From an uncultured delta proteobacterium (GTDB lineage: Bacteria > Desulfobacterota > Binatia > Binatales > Binataceae), in NCBI GenBank assembly GCA_963850125.1, contig CAWKKB010000013.1, positions 112,280 through 176,279 of the forward strand: a stretch of 64,000 nucleotides of DNA, read 5' to 3'. Shown one piece after another: positions 27,972 through 35,572 of the stretch (position 1 is the first letter of the stretch; each line of letters starts with the position of its first letter). The notes under the pieces were generated by a model, which saw only the letters and a program-made list of their open reading frames with translations, made no database searches and was not told where the DNA came from. The position numbers and the translations under genes were made by a program.

Positions 27972-29303
27972 ATGAACGGCAAGAAGCCACGAATTCTCCT
28001 GGTGCAACCCACGACCGTCCATCTGGACGGCACACCGCACAAAACGCGATGGCGGCTGATCATGGGCCTCATGATTCCGCTGATGGCCGGACTGACGCCC
28101 GACGACTACGACGTGACGCTGTGCGACGAACGCCTCGAGGACATCAACTTCGATGGCGGATGGGACCTGGTCGGCATGACGACAACGATCGGCGCGTCGC
28201 TGCGCGCGTACCAGCTCGGCGACGAGTTCCGCAAACGCGGAATCCCGGTGGTGTTCGGCGGCTTCCATGCAACCTTGCAGACCGAAGAAGCGCTCCATCA
28301 TTGCGACGCGGTCGTGAAGGGAGAGGCCGACCTGGTGTGGCCCGAGCTGCTGCAGGACTGGCGTGACGGCAAGCTCAAGACGATTTACAAAGCCGACAAA
28401 GTGCACGATCTGAAAAACCTGCCGCGACCGCGGCATGAACTGCTCAAGCTGAATCGCTACCTGTTCAAAGCGGTGCCCGTGCAGGCGAGCCGCGGATGCC
28501 CGTATCGATGTTCGTTCTGCGAGATTCCGGTGTTCTACGACGGCGCATATCGCACGCGGCCCATCGAGGACATCGTCGAAGAGATCAAGCAGGTCATGAA
28601 GGTGACCGGCTTCAGGCGCTTTCAGTTCATCGACGATCAGATTACCGGCAAGCACAAGTTCGCGCGCGAGCTGTTCAAGGCGCTCGAGCCGCTCAATATC
28701 CGTTTCTCCTGCCTGTGGACCATCAATTCGAATCACGACGACGAGTTGCTGGACCTCGCGGCGAAGGCGGGAATTTTCCACGTCAACATCGGGGTGGAAT
28801 CGATCAGCCAGGACAGCCTGCTGTCGATGAACAAGATTCAGAATCACGCCGGGCAGTACAAGAAGCTGCTCAAGAAGCTCGAAAAATACGGAATCTATTA
28901 TTCGCTCAACTTCCTGTTCGGGCTGGAAGAGGATCATCCGGGAATTTTCGACGACACGCTGAAGTTCCTGCACGAGGTCAAGGCGCCCGAGGCGTTCTTC
29001 AACACCGTTACGCCGCGCGTCGGCACTCCGATGCGCACGCAGCTCGAGAACGAAGGCCGCGTGATAATCCCCGACGCCGATTTGTACACCAACAACTTCC
29101 GCTGCATGTTCGTGCCGAAAAACATGTCGCCGCAGGAAGTCGAAGAAGGCGTGTGGCGATGCACCAAGGAGTTCTACTCGCTCAAGTCGATGTTCAAGCG
29201 TCTGCTGATGCCGCCGGGAAAGTTCACCTGGCAGGGCCTGACCGAGAACATGCTCTTCTACTGGGGCGCGAAGCGGCAGATCGATCCGGTTGATTATTAT
29301 TAG
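27972..29303 (+). CDS. B12-binding-domain radical SAM enzyme (class B rSAM; HpnJ/HpnP/HpnR-like or other)
   Basis: 443 aa. N-terminal cobalamin-binding Rossmann-like region (RILLVQP...VVFGGFHATL). CxxxCxxC cluster ASRGCPYRCSFCEI. C-terminal extension resembling the DUF4070-type tail of class B rSAMs. Confidence 0.8.
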   Translation: MNGKKPRILLVQPTTVHLDGTPHKTRWRLIMGLMIPLMAGLTPDDYDVTLCDERLEDINFDGGWDLVGMTTTIGASLRAYQLGDEFRKRGIPVVFGGFHATLQTEEALHHCDAVVKGEADLVWPELLQDWRDGKLKTIYKADKVHDLKNLPRPRHELLKLNRYLFKAVPVQASRGCPYRCSFCEIPVFYDGAYRTRPIEDIVEEIKQVMKVTGFRRFQFIDDQITGKHKFARELFKALEPLNIRFSCLWTINSNHDDELLDLAAKAGIFHVNIGVESISQDSLLSMNKIQNHAGQYKKLLKKLEKYGIYYSLNFLFGLEEDHPGIFDDTLKFLHEVKAPEAFFNTVTPRVGTPMRTQLENEGRVIIPDADLYTNNFRCMFVPKNMSPQEVEEGVWRCTKEFYSLKSMFKRLLMPPGKFTWQGLTENMLFYWGAKRQIDPVDYY

Positions 29304-29317
29304 GCCGCTATCTGTCT

Positions 29318-29355
29318 CCTCTCCCTGCGAGGGAGAGGATGAAGGTGAGGGTCCT
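29318..29355 (+). repeat. REP-like palindromic repeat, copy A (CCTCTCCC-TGCGA-GGGAGAGG-ATGAAGGTGAGGGTCCT)
   Basis: Read directly; lies 15 bp after the B12-rSAM stop. It seeds the spurious ORF 29339..29806 (MKVRVL...). Confidence 0.7.
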
Positions 29356-29432
29356 ATTACAGCGCCCTGCGCGATTCAGGATTCTGCGCGTTCGACGCCT
29401 ACGCAAAGTTCCTTTACCGGGGCATCCGGGCT

Positions 29433-29747
29433 TTGATCTTAAAGACGCTCGCGGTGCTAGTGCTCGCCGCGCTGCTCGAGGTCGGCGGCGATGCGCTCGT
29501 CCGGATAGGACTGCACACCTACGGCTACTCGCTGGCAGCCGGCGCATTTGCGCTGTTCGCGTACGGAATCCTGGTCAATCAAAGTGGCGTCGATTTCAAC
29601 CGCCTGATGGGAATCTACATCGCGATCTTCTTCGTGGTGTCGCAGGTGATCTCGTTTCTGTTCTTCAAGCAAATCCCGGACGACAGAATAATCTTCGGCG
29701 GCGGCTTCATCGTAGCCGGCGGTCTAGTGATTCTGCTGATGACGTGA
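29433..29747 (+). CDS. Small 4-TM membrane protein, YnfA/UPF0060-like (DMT-superfamily-like)
   Basis: 104 aa with four hydrophobic helices. Length and Gly-rich last helix (FGGGFIVAGGLVILL) resemble E. coli YnfA. Confidence 0.45.
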   Translation: MILKTLAVLVLAALLEVGGDALVRIGLHTYGYSLAAGAFALFAYGILVNQSGVDFNRLMGIYIAIFFVVSQVISFLFFKQIPDDRIIFGGGFIVAGGLVILLMT

Positions 29748-29750
29748 CAC

Positions 29751-29790
29751 TCGCCCGTTATCGGGAGAGGATTGGGCTGAGCGCGACTGT
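29751..29790 (+). repeat. Degenerate REP-like repeat, copy E (CTCGCCCG-TTAT-CGGGAGAG-GATTGGGCTGAGCGCGAC)
   Basis: Hairpin with one mismatch relative to the family stem, immediately after the ynfA-like stop. Tail GAT-GGGCTGAG is loosely similar to GATGAAGGTGAGGG. Confidence 0.4.
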
Positions 29791-29813
29791 GTTGCGGTCA
29801 ACCTAACCCCTAA

Positions 29814-29835
29814 CCCCTTCCCTCGAGGGAAGGGG
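29814..29835. terminator. Perfect 22-nt palindrome CCCCTTCCCTCGAGGGAAGGGG between convergent genes (bidirectional terminator candidate)
   Basis: Self-complementary over its whole length. Located between the ynfA-like stop (29747) and the panC stop (29859). Confidence 0.5.
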
Positions 29836-29858
29836 AACAATCGCAGGATAAGAGCGCG

Positions 29859-30704
29859 CTACGGATTGAGCACGACGTTGTCGATTAGGCGCGTCTTGCC
29901 GACGCGGGCGGCTATTGCGATCAGGATTGGGCGATCGAGCGACGGATGACGCGCTAGCGTCTCGGCGTCCACTGCTTCTACGTATTCGATCTCGACGCCT
30001 TTCATTCGTTTGAGCACGCGAGTCGCCGCGAACACTACTTCCTCGGCACAGCATGGGTGGGTGCGATGCTTCTCGCGGGCGGCCCGCAGGGCGAGGCTCA
30101 GCGCGAGGGCCTCTTCGCGCTCAGTCGGCGAGAGATAAGCGTTGCGCGAGCTCATCGCGAGGCCGTCTTTTTCGCGCACAATTGGCACCGGCAGAATCTC
30201 GACTTCGAAGTTCAGGTCGCGGACCATTTTCTGGATCGCGCGGAGCTGCTGGAAATCTTTCTCGCCGAAGACCGCAAGATGCGGTTTGACGATGTTGAAC
30301 AGTTTGGCGACCACCGTCGTTACGCCGCGGAAGTGCCCGGGGCGATGCGCGCCGCAGAGGCCCATGGTGATGTCGCCGGCGTCGACCCAGCTCTGCGCGT
30401 CGGGCGAGTACATCGCAGCGGGCTCGGGCGCGAAGACGACATCCACCGGTACCGTCTGGAGCATCGTGCAGTCGCGCTCGAAGTTGCGCGGGTAGCGCGC
30501 GAAGTCCTCGCCGGGACCGAACTGCGTCGGATTGACGAAGATCGACGCGACCAGAACCGACGACCGGCGGCGGCCCTCGCGCATCAGGGTGAGATGGCCG
30601 TCGTGCAGAAATCCCATCGTCGGCACGAGCCCGATTCGTTCACTACATTTGACCGCATCACGGGAGAAACGGGTCATCTCGTCGGGCGAGGTGATAGTGA
30701 TCAT
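29859..30704 (-). CDS. panC: Pantoate--beta-alanine ligase (pantothenate synthetase)
   Basis: 282 aa from MITITSPDEM. Motifs GLVPTMGFLHDGHLTLM (HIGH-like), FVNPTQFGPGEDF, AVFGEKDFQQL. The ORF-track version carries a spurious 113-aa Arg-rich N-extension. The real ATG overlaps the panB stop (ATGA). Confidence 0.9.
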   Translation of the reverse strand: MITITSPDEMTRFSRDAVKCSERIGLVPTMGFLHDGHLTLMREGRRRSSVLVASIFVNPTQFGPGEDFARYPRNFERDCTMLQTVPVDVVFAPEPAAMYSPDAQSWVDAGDITMGLCGAHRPGHFRGVTTVVAKLFNIVKPHLAVFGEKDFQQLRAIQKMVRDLNFEVEILPVPIVREKDGLAMSSRNAYLSPTEREEALALSLALRAAREKHRTHPCCAEEVVFAATRVLKRMKGVEIEYVEAVDAETLARHPSLDRPILIAIAARVGKTRLIDNVVLNP

Positions 30705-31549
30705 CGCGAGGCCCTCTTCGATTCGGCGTAGCAATGTTCCGCTGCCGGGAACGCGCGCTCCTTCACTTCGCGCACGTACGCGCTGGTTGCCGCCGACGCC
30801 TCGTTCCACAGATGCGCGAACGGCTTGGCGAAGCGCGGTGCGCACGATTCGAAAAGGCCGAGCATGTCGTGCATCACGAGCACCTGGCCATCGCAATCGG
30901 GACCGGCGCCGATGCCAATAGTCGGGATTGAGACGCTGGCAGTTATCTCGCGCGCCAGCGACGGCGGCACGCCCTCGACCACGATCGCGAATGCGCCCGC
31001 GGCCTCGAGTGCGGCGGCATCTTCGAGCAGGCGCTCGCGGCATCCGGCGGCGCGGCCGGATTTGCGGCCCTGCACCCGATGTCCGCCCATCCGATGTATC
31101 GACTGCGGCGTCAGCCCGACGTGGCCCATCACAGGAATATCGACGGCCGCAATCCTCGCGACCGCATCGGCAATCGCGAGGCCGCCTTCGAGCTTCACTG
31201 CCTCCGCGCCGCCTTCCTTGACCAGACGGCCGGCGTTGCGCAGCGCGTCTTCAGGGCTCACCTGATACGAGAGAAACGGCATGTCGGCGACGATCAGTGC
31301 GCGGCGCCGTGCGCGTGCGACCGCACGAGTGTGGTAGATGACCTCTTCGATGGTGACTGCCAGCGTCGTGTCCTCGCCGCGCACCGCCATTCCGAGGCTA
31401 TCGCCGATGAGGAGCACGTCGACACCGCAGTTGTCGAAAATTCTCGCGAATGGGAAATCGTACGCGGTGAGCATCGTGATCGGCTGGCGCGCAGCCTTCA
31501 TGCGCGCGAGATCGGGCACGCGAACTTTGTCTTGCGTCATATTCTTCAA
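30701..31549 (-). CDS. panB: 3-methyl-2-oxobutanoate hydroxymethyltransferase (ketopantoate hydroxymethyltransferase)
   Basis: 282 aa. ITMLTAYDFPFARIFDNCGVDVLLIGDSLGM signature. Confidence 0.9.
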   Translation of the reverse strand: MKNMTQDKVRVPDLARMKAARQPITMLTAYDFPFARIFDNCGVDVLLIGDSLGMAVRGEDTTLAVTIEEVIYHTRAVARARRRALIVADMPFLSYQVSPEDALRNAGRLVKEGGAEAVKLEGGLAIADAVARIAAVDIPVMGHVGLTPQSIHRMGGHRVQGRKSGRAAGCRERLLEDAAALEAAGAFAIVVEGVPPSLAREITASVSIPTIGIGAGPDCDGQVLVMHDMLGLFESCAPRFAKPFAHLWNEASAATSAYVREVKERAFPAAEHCYAESKRASR

Positions 31550-31830
31550 GCGCTCCTTGCTCCACTAAAAAAATCGGGGCTGCCGCGTACCGGCAACCCC
31601 GCATTAGAGCATCCTCGAATCAACGAGCGCTCGAATCACTCGGAGTCCCGGTCCTTATCGGATCCAGGCGCGAGCAGACAGCCGAAACCAAAATGTCCTA
31701 TCAACACCGTCTCGCCGGGAAAAATTCCTCGACGGACCAGTTCAATTATATAGAGAAAGCGGACGGGCGCGTAAAGAGAAATCGCTGGGGACAATTGTTC
31801 GTATCGTCCTGGGCGCAACGATCGTAATCC

Positions 31831-31868
31831 CCTCTCCCAGAATGGGAGAGGATGAAGGTGAGGGTCCT
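31831..31868 (+). repeat. REP-like palindromic repeat, copy B (CCTCTCCC-AGAAT-GGGAGAGG-ATGAAGGTGAGGGTCCT)
   Basis: Read directly; in the panB upstream intergenic region. Confidence 0.7.
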
Positions 31869-32030
31869 CATAAAGCGCGCATTTTAGCGCGCGATCTACG
31901 GTTCTGCCTCTTCTCCGAAACGCGCCGGGGCTATGCCAAGCTCTTCCGTCCGAAAAGAGATAAACACAGGCGGGAAGATTCAGGGCAAGGAACAGAATCT
32001 TGATTCGCGCGAAAGACGCGCGCTGAAAAA

Positions 32031-32069
32031 GGACCCTCACCTTCATCCTCTCCCTTTCAGGGCGAGGGG
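32031..32069 (-). repeat. REP-like palindromic repeat, copy C (reverse orientation; AGGACCCTCACCTTCATCCTCTCCC-TTTCA-GGGCGAGGGG)
   Basis: Reverse complement matches the family core GGGAGAGGATGAAGGTGAGGGTCCT. Inverted relative to copy B, with about 160 bp between them. Confidence 0.7.
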
Positions 32070-32144
32070 AAGAAGGACAAGGAGAGGTTATAGGATTTAG
32101 GACAGGCGCGCGGCGCTGTCGGACTACTAGCGAGTCCGGATTAA

Positions 32145-33074
32145 TCAGTTGGTGGCTTGCTGGATGTCGGAGGGGACCGGCATCGTCACCTGCAGGCGTT
32201 TGCCATCGCGCACGACGCTCAGGTATACGATTTCGCCGGGCTGAAGGTCACGCATGCGATCCTGGAAGTCGAGAAAATTGGTCACGCGCGAGCCGTCGAC
32301 GCCGATGATCAAGTCGTAGCTCTCGCCGACCTGCATGTAGTCCAGCGCCGGAATCACAATCACCGATAAACCGCCAGAGAAAACCGCCCCCACCATCGCG
32401 GCCGCGGCGAGCGCATCGTGGACGGTATGACTATATGGGCGCAGACCGACGGCTGCAGCGGGGCTGCCCTTCTCGACTTGCGTGATCAGCAAGCCGTCCG
32501 CCTCTTCGCCGGATTTGAGCGAACGTTTCGCCTCGCGCAATTGCATTCCGAAAGGAGTGGATAGCTCCCCCTCACTGTCGAACTCCTGCAAGGCCTTGAG
32601 CTGCTCAGGCGGCATCCCGCTCTGCTCCTCCTGGTAACGCGCGATCTCACCACCCTCGGCGGCGGGCTCCGAATCGGGCGAACTCCCGGCGGGCTGTTGC
32701 TGCGATGCGTCGGCGCTGGTGGGCGAAATCTCCGCGGTGCCAGGCTGCGTGGCGGCTATATCAGGCGGCGTCGGAACCAGATTCGATGGACTGGAAGCGG
32801 CCGCGGGAGAACCAGCTGCGGCTAGTGCCGTGCGCGGCGGTGAAGGCGAGACGGCTTCCACAATCGGAGCTCCAGCGCCGGATGCCGCGGTCGAGCTTCC
32901 AGACGCGGCAGAGGCGGCGGCCGATTTCCAGGTTTCAGAGGCGGTAGTATCGGCACTGGACTGTGCGGATGCGATCGCGCTGGCGAACAGAACCAGCAGC
33001 ATTGCGGCGAGCGATGCGCCGAAAGCGTGATGCTCGCACGCTTTGCTAGTTAGTAGCGCTCCAGCGTTTTTCAT
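32145..33074 (-). CDS. Secreted PDZ-domain protein with Ala/Ser/Pro-rich low-complexity linker
   Basis: 309 aa. N-terminal hydrophobic signal (MLLVLFASAIASAQ). Long low-complexity A/S/P region. C-terminal PDZ-like block (GLLITQVEKGSPAAAVGLRP...GEIVYLSVVRDGKRLQVTM). No protease domain is present. Confidence 0.5.
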   Translation of the reverse strand: MKNAGALLTSKACEHHAFGASLAAMLLVLFASAIASAQSSADTTASETWKSAAASAASGSSTAASGAGAPIVEAVSPSPPRTALAAAGSPAAASSPSNLVPTPPDIAATQPGTAEISPTSADASQQQPAGSSPDSEPAAEGGEIARYQEEQSGMPPEQLKALQEFDSEGELSTPFGMQLREAKRSLKSGEEADGLLITQVEKGSPAAAVGLRPYSHTVHDALAAAAMVGAVFSGGLSVIVIPALDYMQVGESYDLIIGVDGSRVTNFLDFQDRMRDLQPGEIVYLSVVRDGKRLQVTMPVPSDIQQATN

Positions 33075-33930
33075 GCTCCACCACGCGGCCCTCTCGCTCG
33101 AGCTTTTTCAGATGAGAGCGAACCGAGCTTGCAGCCGCAGCGTGCAGATACTCCGGGTAGTCAACGTAAATCTTCTTCACGATTGCCATCGCATCGAGCG
33201 GTCCCGCACCGTCTGCGAGCGCCTCGAGCACCTGGCGCTCGCGCAATTCACGATGAGCAATGTACTCGCCGATTTTTTCTTTGGGATTACGGATGACCGG
33301 GCCGTGCGCCGGATAAATCGTCTCAAGATCGAGCACGAGCAGGCGCCTGAGCGAACCCATGTACTCGCCCAAGTCGCCAGTATCGTCCGGAATGACCGTA
33401 GTACCTGCGCCCAGCACGACGTCCCCCGTAAAGAGCGCGCGTTCTTCTTCGAGATAGTAGCACAGGTGATCGGGTGCGTGGCCAGGAGTAAATACCGCGC
33501 GCAGGGTAGCGCCTTCGGTGTGAACGACAGCGTCATGGCCGATCGCGGATATCGCGCCGGCGGGGGCGTCGTGACCCTCCCACGGCATCTTCAGCACTTC
33601 CATCTCGCCGAATTTTTCGGTGACCTGCTTGACGCCTCCCAGGTGATCGACGTGCGCGTGCGTCAGCACGATTCGCTCCAGCTCGTTACTGCTGGAGAGT
33701 TCCTTGAGTCCGGCTTCGAGCAGATCGGGGTAGATTGCGACGCCCTGCCCTGTATCGAGCAAGATCGGACGTTTCGAAGTTCCGACGATGTAAGTGTTCG
33801 TGCCCGGCCCGGTGAACGGACTCGGATTCTGGCCGAGCACCGTCGCCACGCGCGGCGAGATCCGCGAGTAGTCCGCCATCTTGAGACCGATCATCGAATC
33901 GGTCACGACTCGCCCCTGCTTGCTCATCAA
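33046..33930 (-). CDS. MBL-fold metallo-hydrolase (glyoxalase II / YcbL-like)
   Basis: 294 aa. HxHxDH motif LTHAHVDHLGG and downstream TPGHAPDH. The start may be one of the internal Mets (M13/M18). Confidence 0.75.
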   Translation of the reverse strand: MMSKQGRVVTDSMIGLKMADYSRISPRVATVLGQNPSPFTGPGTNTYIVGTSKRPILLDTGQGVAIYPDLLEAGLKELSSSNELERIVLTHAHVDHLGGVKQVTEKFGEMEVLKMPWEGHDAPAGAISAIGHDAVVHTEGATLRAVFTPGHAPDHLCYYLEEERALFTGDVVLGAGTTVIPDDTGDLGEYMGSLRRLLVLDLETIYPAHGPVIRNPKEKIGEYIAHRELRERQVLEALADGAGPLDAMAIVKKIYVDYPEYLHAAAASSVRSHLKKLEREGRVVEHEKRWSATN

Positions 33931-33944
33931 ATGTCCCTCAAAAC

Positions 33945-34715
33945 CTAGCGTCGGTTGCGCTCAAATATCAGCCGGAGACCTTTTAATGTCAAAAACTCGT
34001 CGACCTCTTCAATCGTTTCGCTTTCGGGCGCGATAAGGTCGGCGAGACCGCCGGTTGCGATGACCCGCGCCTTTTCGCCGCGCTCCTTCAGGATGCGGCC
34101 GACGAGACCGTCCACCAACGCGGTGTATCCAAAGATAAGCCCCGACTGAATCGAGCCCACAGTGGTGCGGCCGACAGCCTCGCGCGGGCGCACCAGCTCG
34201 ACGCGATAGAGCTTCGCGGCGTGCTCGATCAACGCGTTCATCGAAACGCCAAGGCCTGGCGCGATTGCCCCGCCGGCGTACTCGCCCTTGCCGGTCACGT
34301 AGTCGAACGTGGTGGCGGTGCCGAAATCGACGACGATGGTTGCGCATGAGTAGCGTTCGTAAGCGGCGACCGCGTTGACGATTCGATCGGCGCCCACTTC
34401 CTTGGGATTTTCGTAAAGGATCGGCATCCCGGTTTTAATTCCCGGACCGACCATCAGAGGGGTGCAATGGAAGTAGCGCTCGGCGAGTTGCTCCATCACC
34501 TGGTTGAGCGGAGGAACCACGCATGCAATCGCAACGCCTTCGGGCCTGACGCCGCCCTCGAGGCCGTCGCCCGCGAGAAGCGTATTGAGCAACGCGCCAT
34601 GCTCGTCGGTCGTGCGATCGGGAACGGTCGAGATGCGCCAGTGATTGCGCAGCCGCTCGCCTTCGTAGATTCCAATCACGGTATGGCTGTTGCCGACATC
34701 AACCGTTATCAGCAT
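33945..34715 (-). CDS. coaX: Type III pantothenate kinase
   Basis: 256 aa. N-terminal MLITVDVGNSHTVIGIY, DRIVNAVAA and the GTATTFDYV acetate/sugar-kinase fold motifs typical of CoaX. Confidence 0.85.
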   Translation of the reverse strand: MLITVDVGNSHTVIGIYEGERLRNHWRISTVPDRTTDEHGALLNTLLAGDGLEGGVRPEGVAIACVVPPLNQVMEQLAERYFHCTPLMVGPGIKTGMPILYENPKEVGADRIVNAVAAYERYSCATIVVDFGTATTFDYVTGKGEYAGGAIAPGLGVSMNALIEHAAKLYRVELVRPREAVGRTTVGSIQSGLIFGYTALVDGLVGRILKERGEKARVIATGGLADLIAPESETIEEVDEFLTLKGLRLIFERNRR

Positions 34716-34813
34716 GACAAATCCCCGTCCGACCAGCGGCGTCGATAGCGGCGCGATCGGGCACAGATAATAGCGCGCGAACTAGGTGTAAATGAAATGG
34801 CTACGAGCCGCAG

Positions 34814-35470
34814 TTAGTGATGGAACGCGAACGACGCATGCGACATCGAATGCATACCCATCATCGGACTGCCCGCGGGTCGGCTGAACACAGACATCGA
34901 AGGCGGGGTCATCCACGGAGCCTGACCTAGCGGTGGACGCGCAGCCTGGGTCAGAGGGCTGCTCATCGGCATCGGCGCGTAAACAGACCCGGGAACCGTC
35001 GAGAGTCGGTTCATCGCCAGCGGAGAAGTAACAGGGTACGGGTAACCATACACTCCATACGGAACCGCGTAGACCTGCTGGTTCTGGTAGTCGTCCACCG
35101 TGCCCCAATCGTCATCCGGCGAGCCATTGCTGGCGGTATCGTCATCGTAGACTTGAGGCGGAGCACCAGGAGACGGAGCATTGATGGCTTGGCCGTCGTC
35201 ATCGTTTGCGTTCGCGTCTGCGGAGGCGGCGCAGGGGGCAGATGTGCCGTCGTCATCACACGTCGCTTGGGGGATCTCGAGAACTTTATCCGCCGATGCC
35301 GCGTCCTCATCTATGGTGGGACCGGTGCTGTCTGCGGTGGGAGCGGCGCTGTCCCAGTTGGCGTCGACGCTCGTGCCGGACACGGGATCCTCTTGCGAGA
35401 ACGCGAAGCGGTCATTCGCAAACACCACAATCGCGAGCGCTGCCGAGATTGCGATGATCAACCGCTTCAT
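34814..35470 (-). CDS. Secreted acidic protein with C-terminal Met/His-rich tail (possible periplasmic metal/copper-binding protein)
   Basis: About 218 aa from MKRLIIAISAALAIVVFA (signal peptide). Asp-rich low-complexity middle with Cys pairs. C-terminus PMPMSS...MMGMHSMSHASFAFHH has MxM/MxxM/H-rich motifs. Confidence 0.4.
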   Translation of the reverse strand: MKRLIIAISAALAIVVFANDRFAFSQEDPVSGTSVDANWDSAAPTADSTGPTIDEDAASADKVLEIPQATCDDDGTSAPCAASADANANDDDGQAINAPSPGAPPQVYDDDTASNGSPDDDWGTVDDYQNQQVYAVPYGVYGYPYPVTSPLAMNRLSTVPGSVYAPMPMSSPLTQAARPPLGQAPWMTPPSMSVFSRPAGSPMMGMHSMSHASFAFHH

Positions 35471-35572
35471 AAATTCGACACTACCACTCGATCCGAGGAG
35501 CGCCAAGGGAAAATCTATAGCGCGCTTGAATAAGGTTTGCACGCTCGCCGAGAGCGGCTAAGATTCCGCGTT

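Noticed and set aside
29339-29806. ORF starting MKVRVLLQRPARF (and its twin 31636..32046 starting MKVRVLFQRASF).
   Set aside because: Both begin inside copies of the REP-like repeat (GGGAGAGG-ATG-AAGGTGAGGGTCCT), which explains the shared N-terminus. The SD-to-ATG spacing is 0 nt. 29339..29806 overlaps the better-supported ynfA-like gene in another frame.
30705-31043. 113-aa Arg/Gly-rich N-terminal extension of the panC ORF in the track.
   Set aside because: It runs through the panB coding region in another frame. The conserved PanC sequence starts at MITITSPDEM, with an ATGA overlap to the panB stop.
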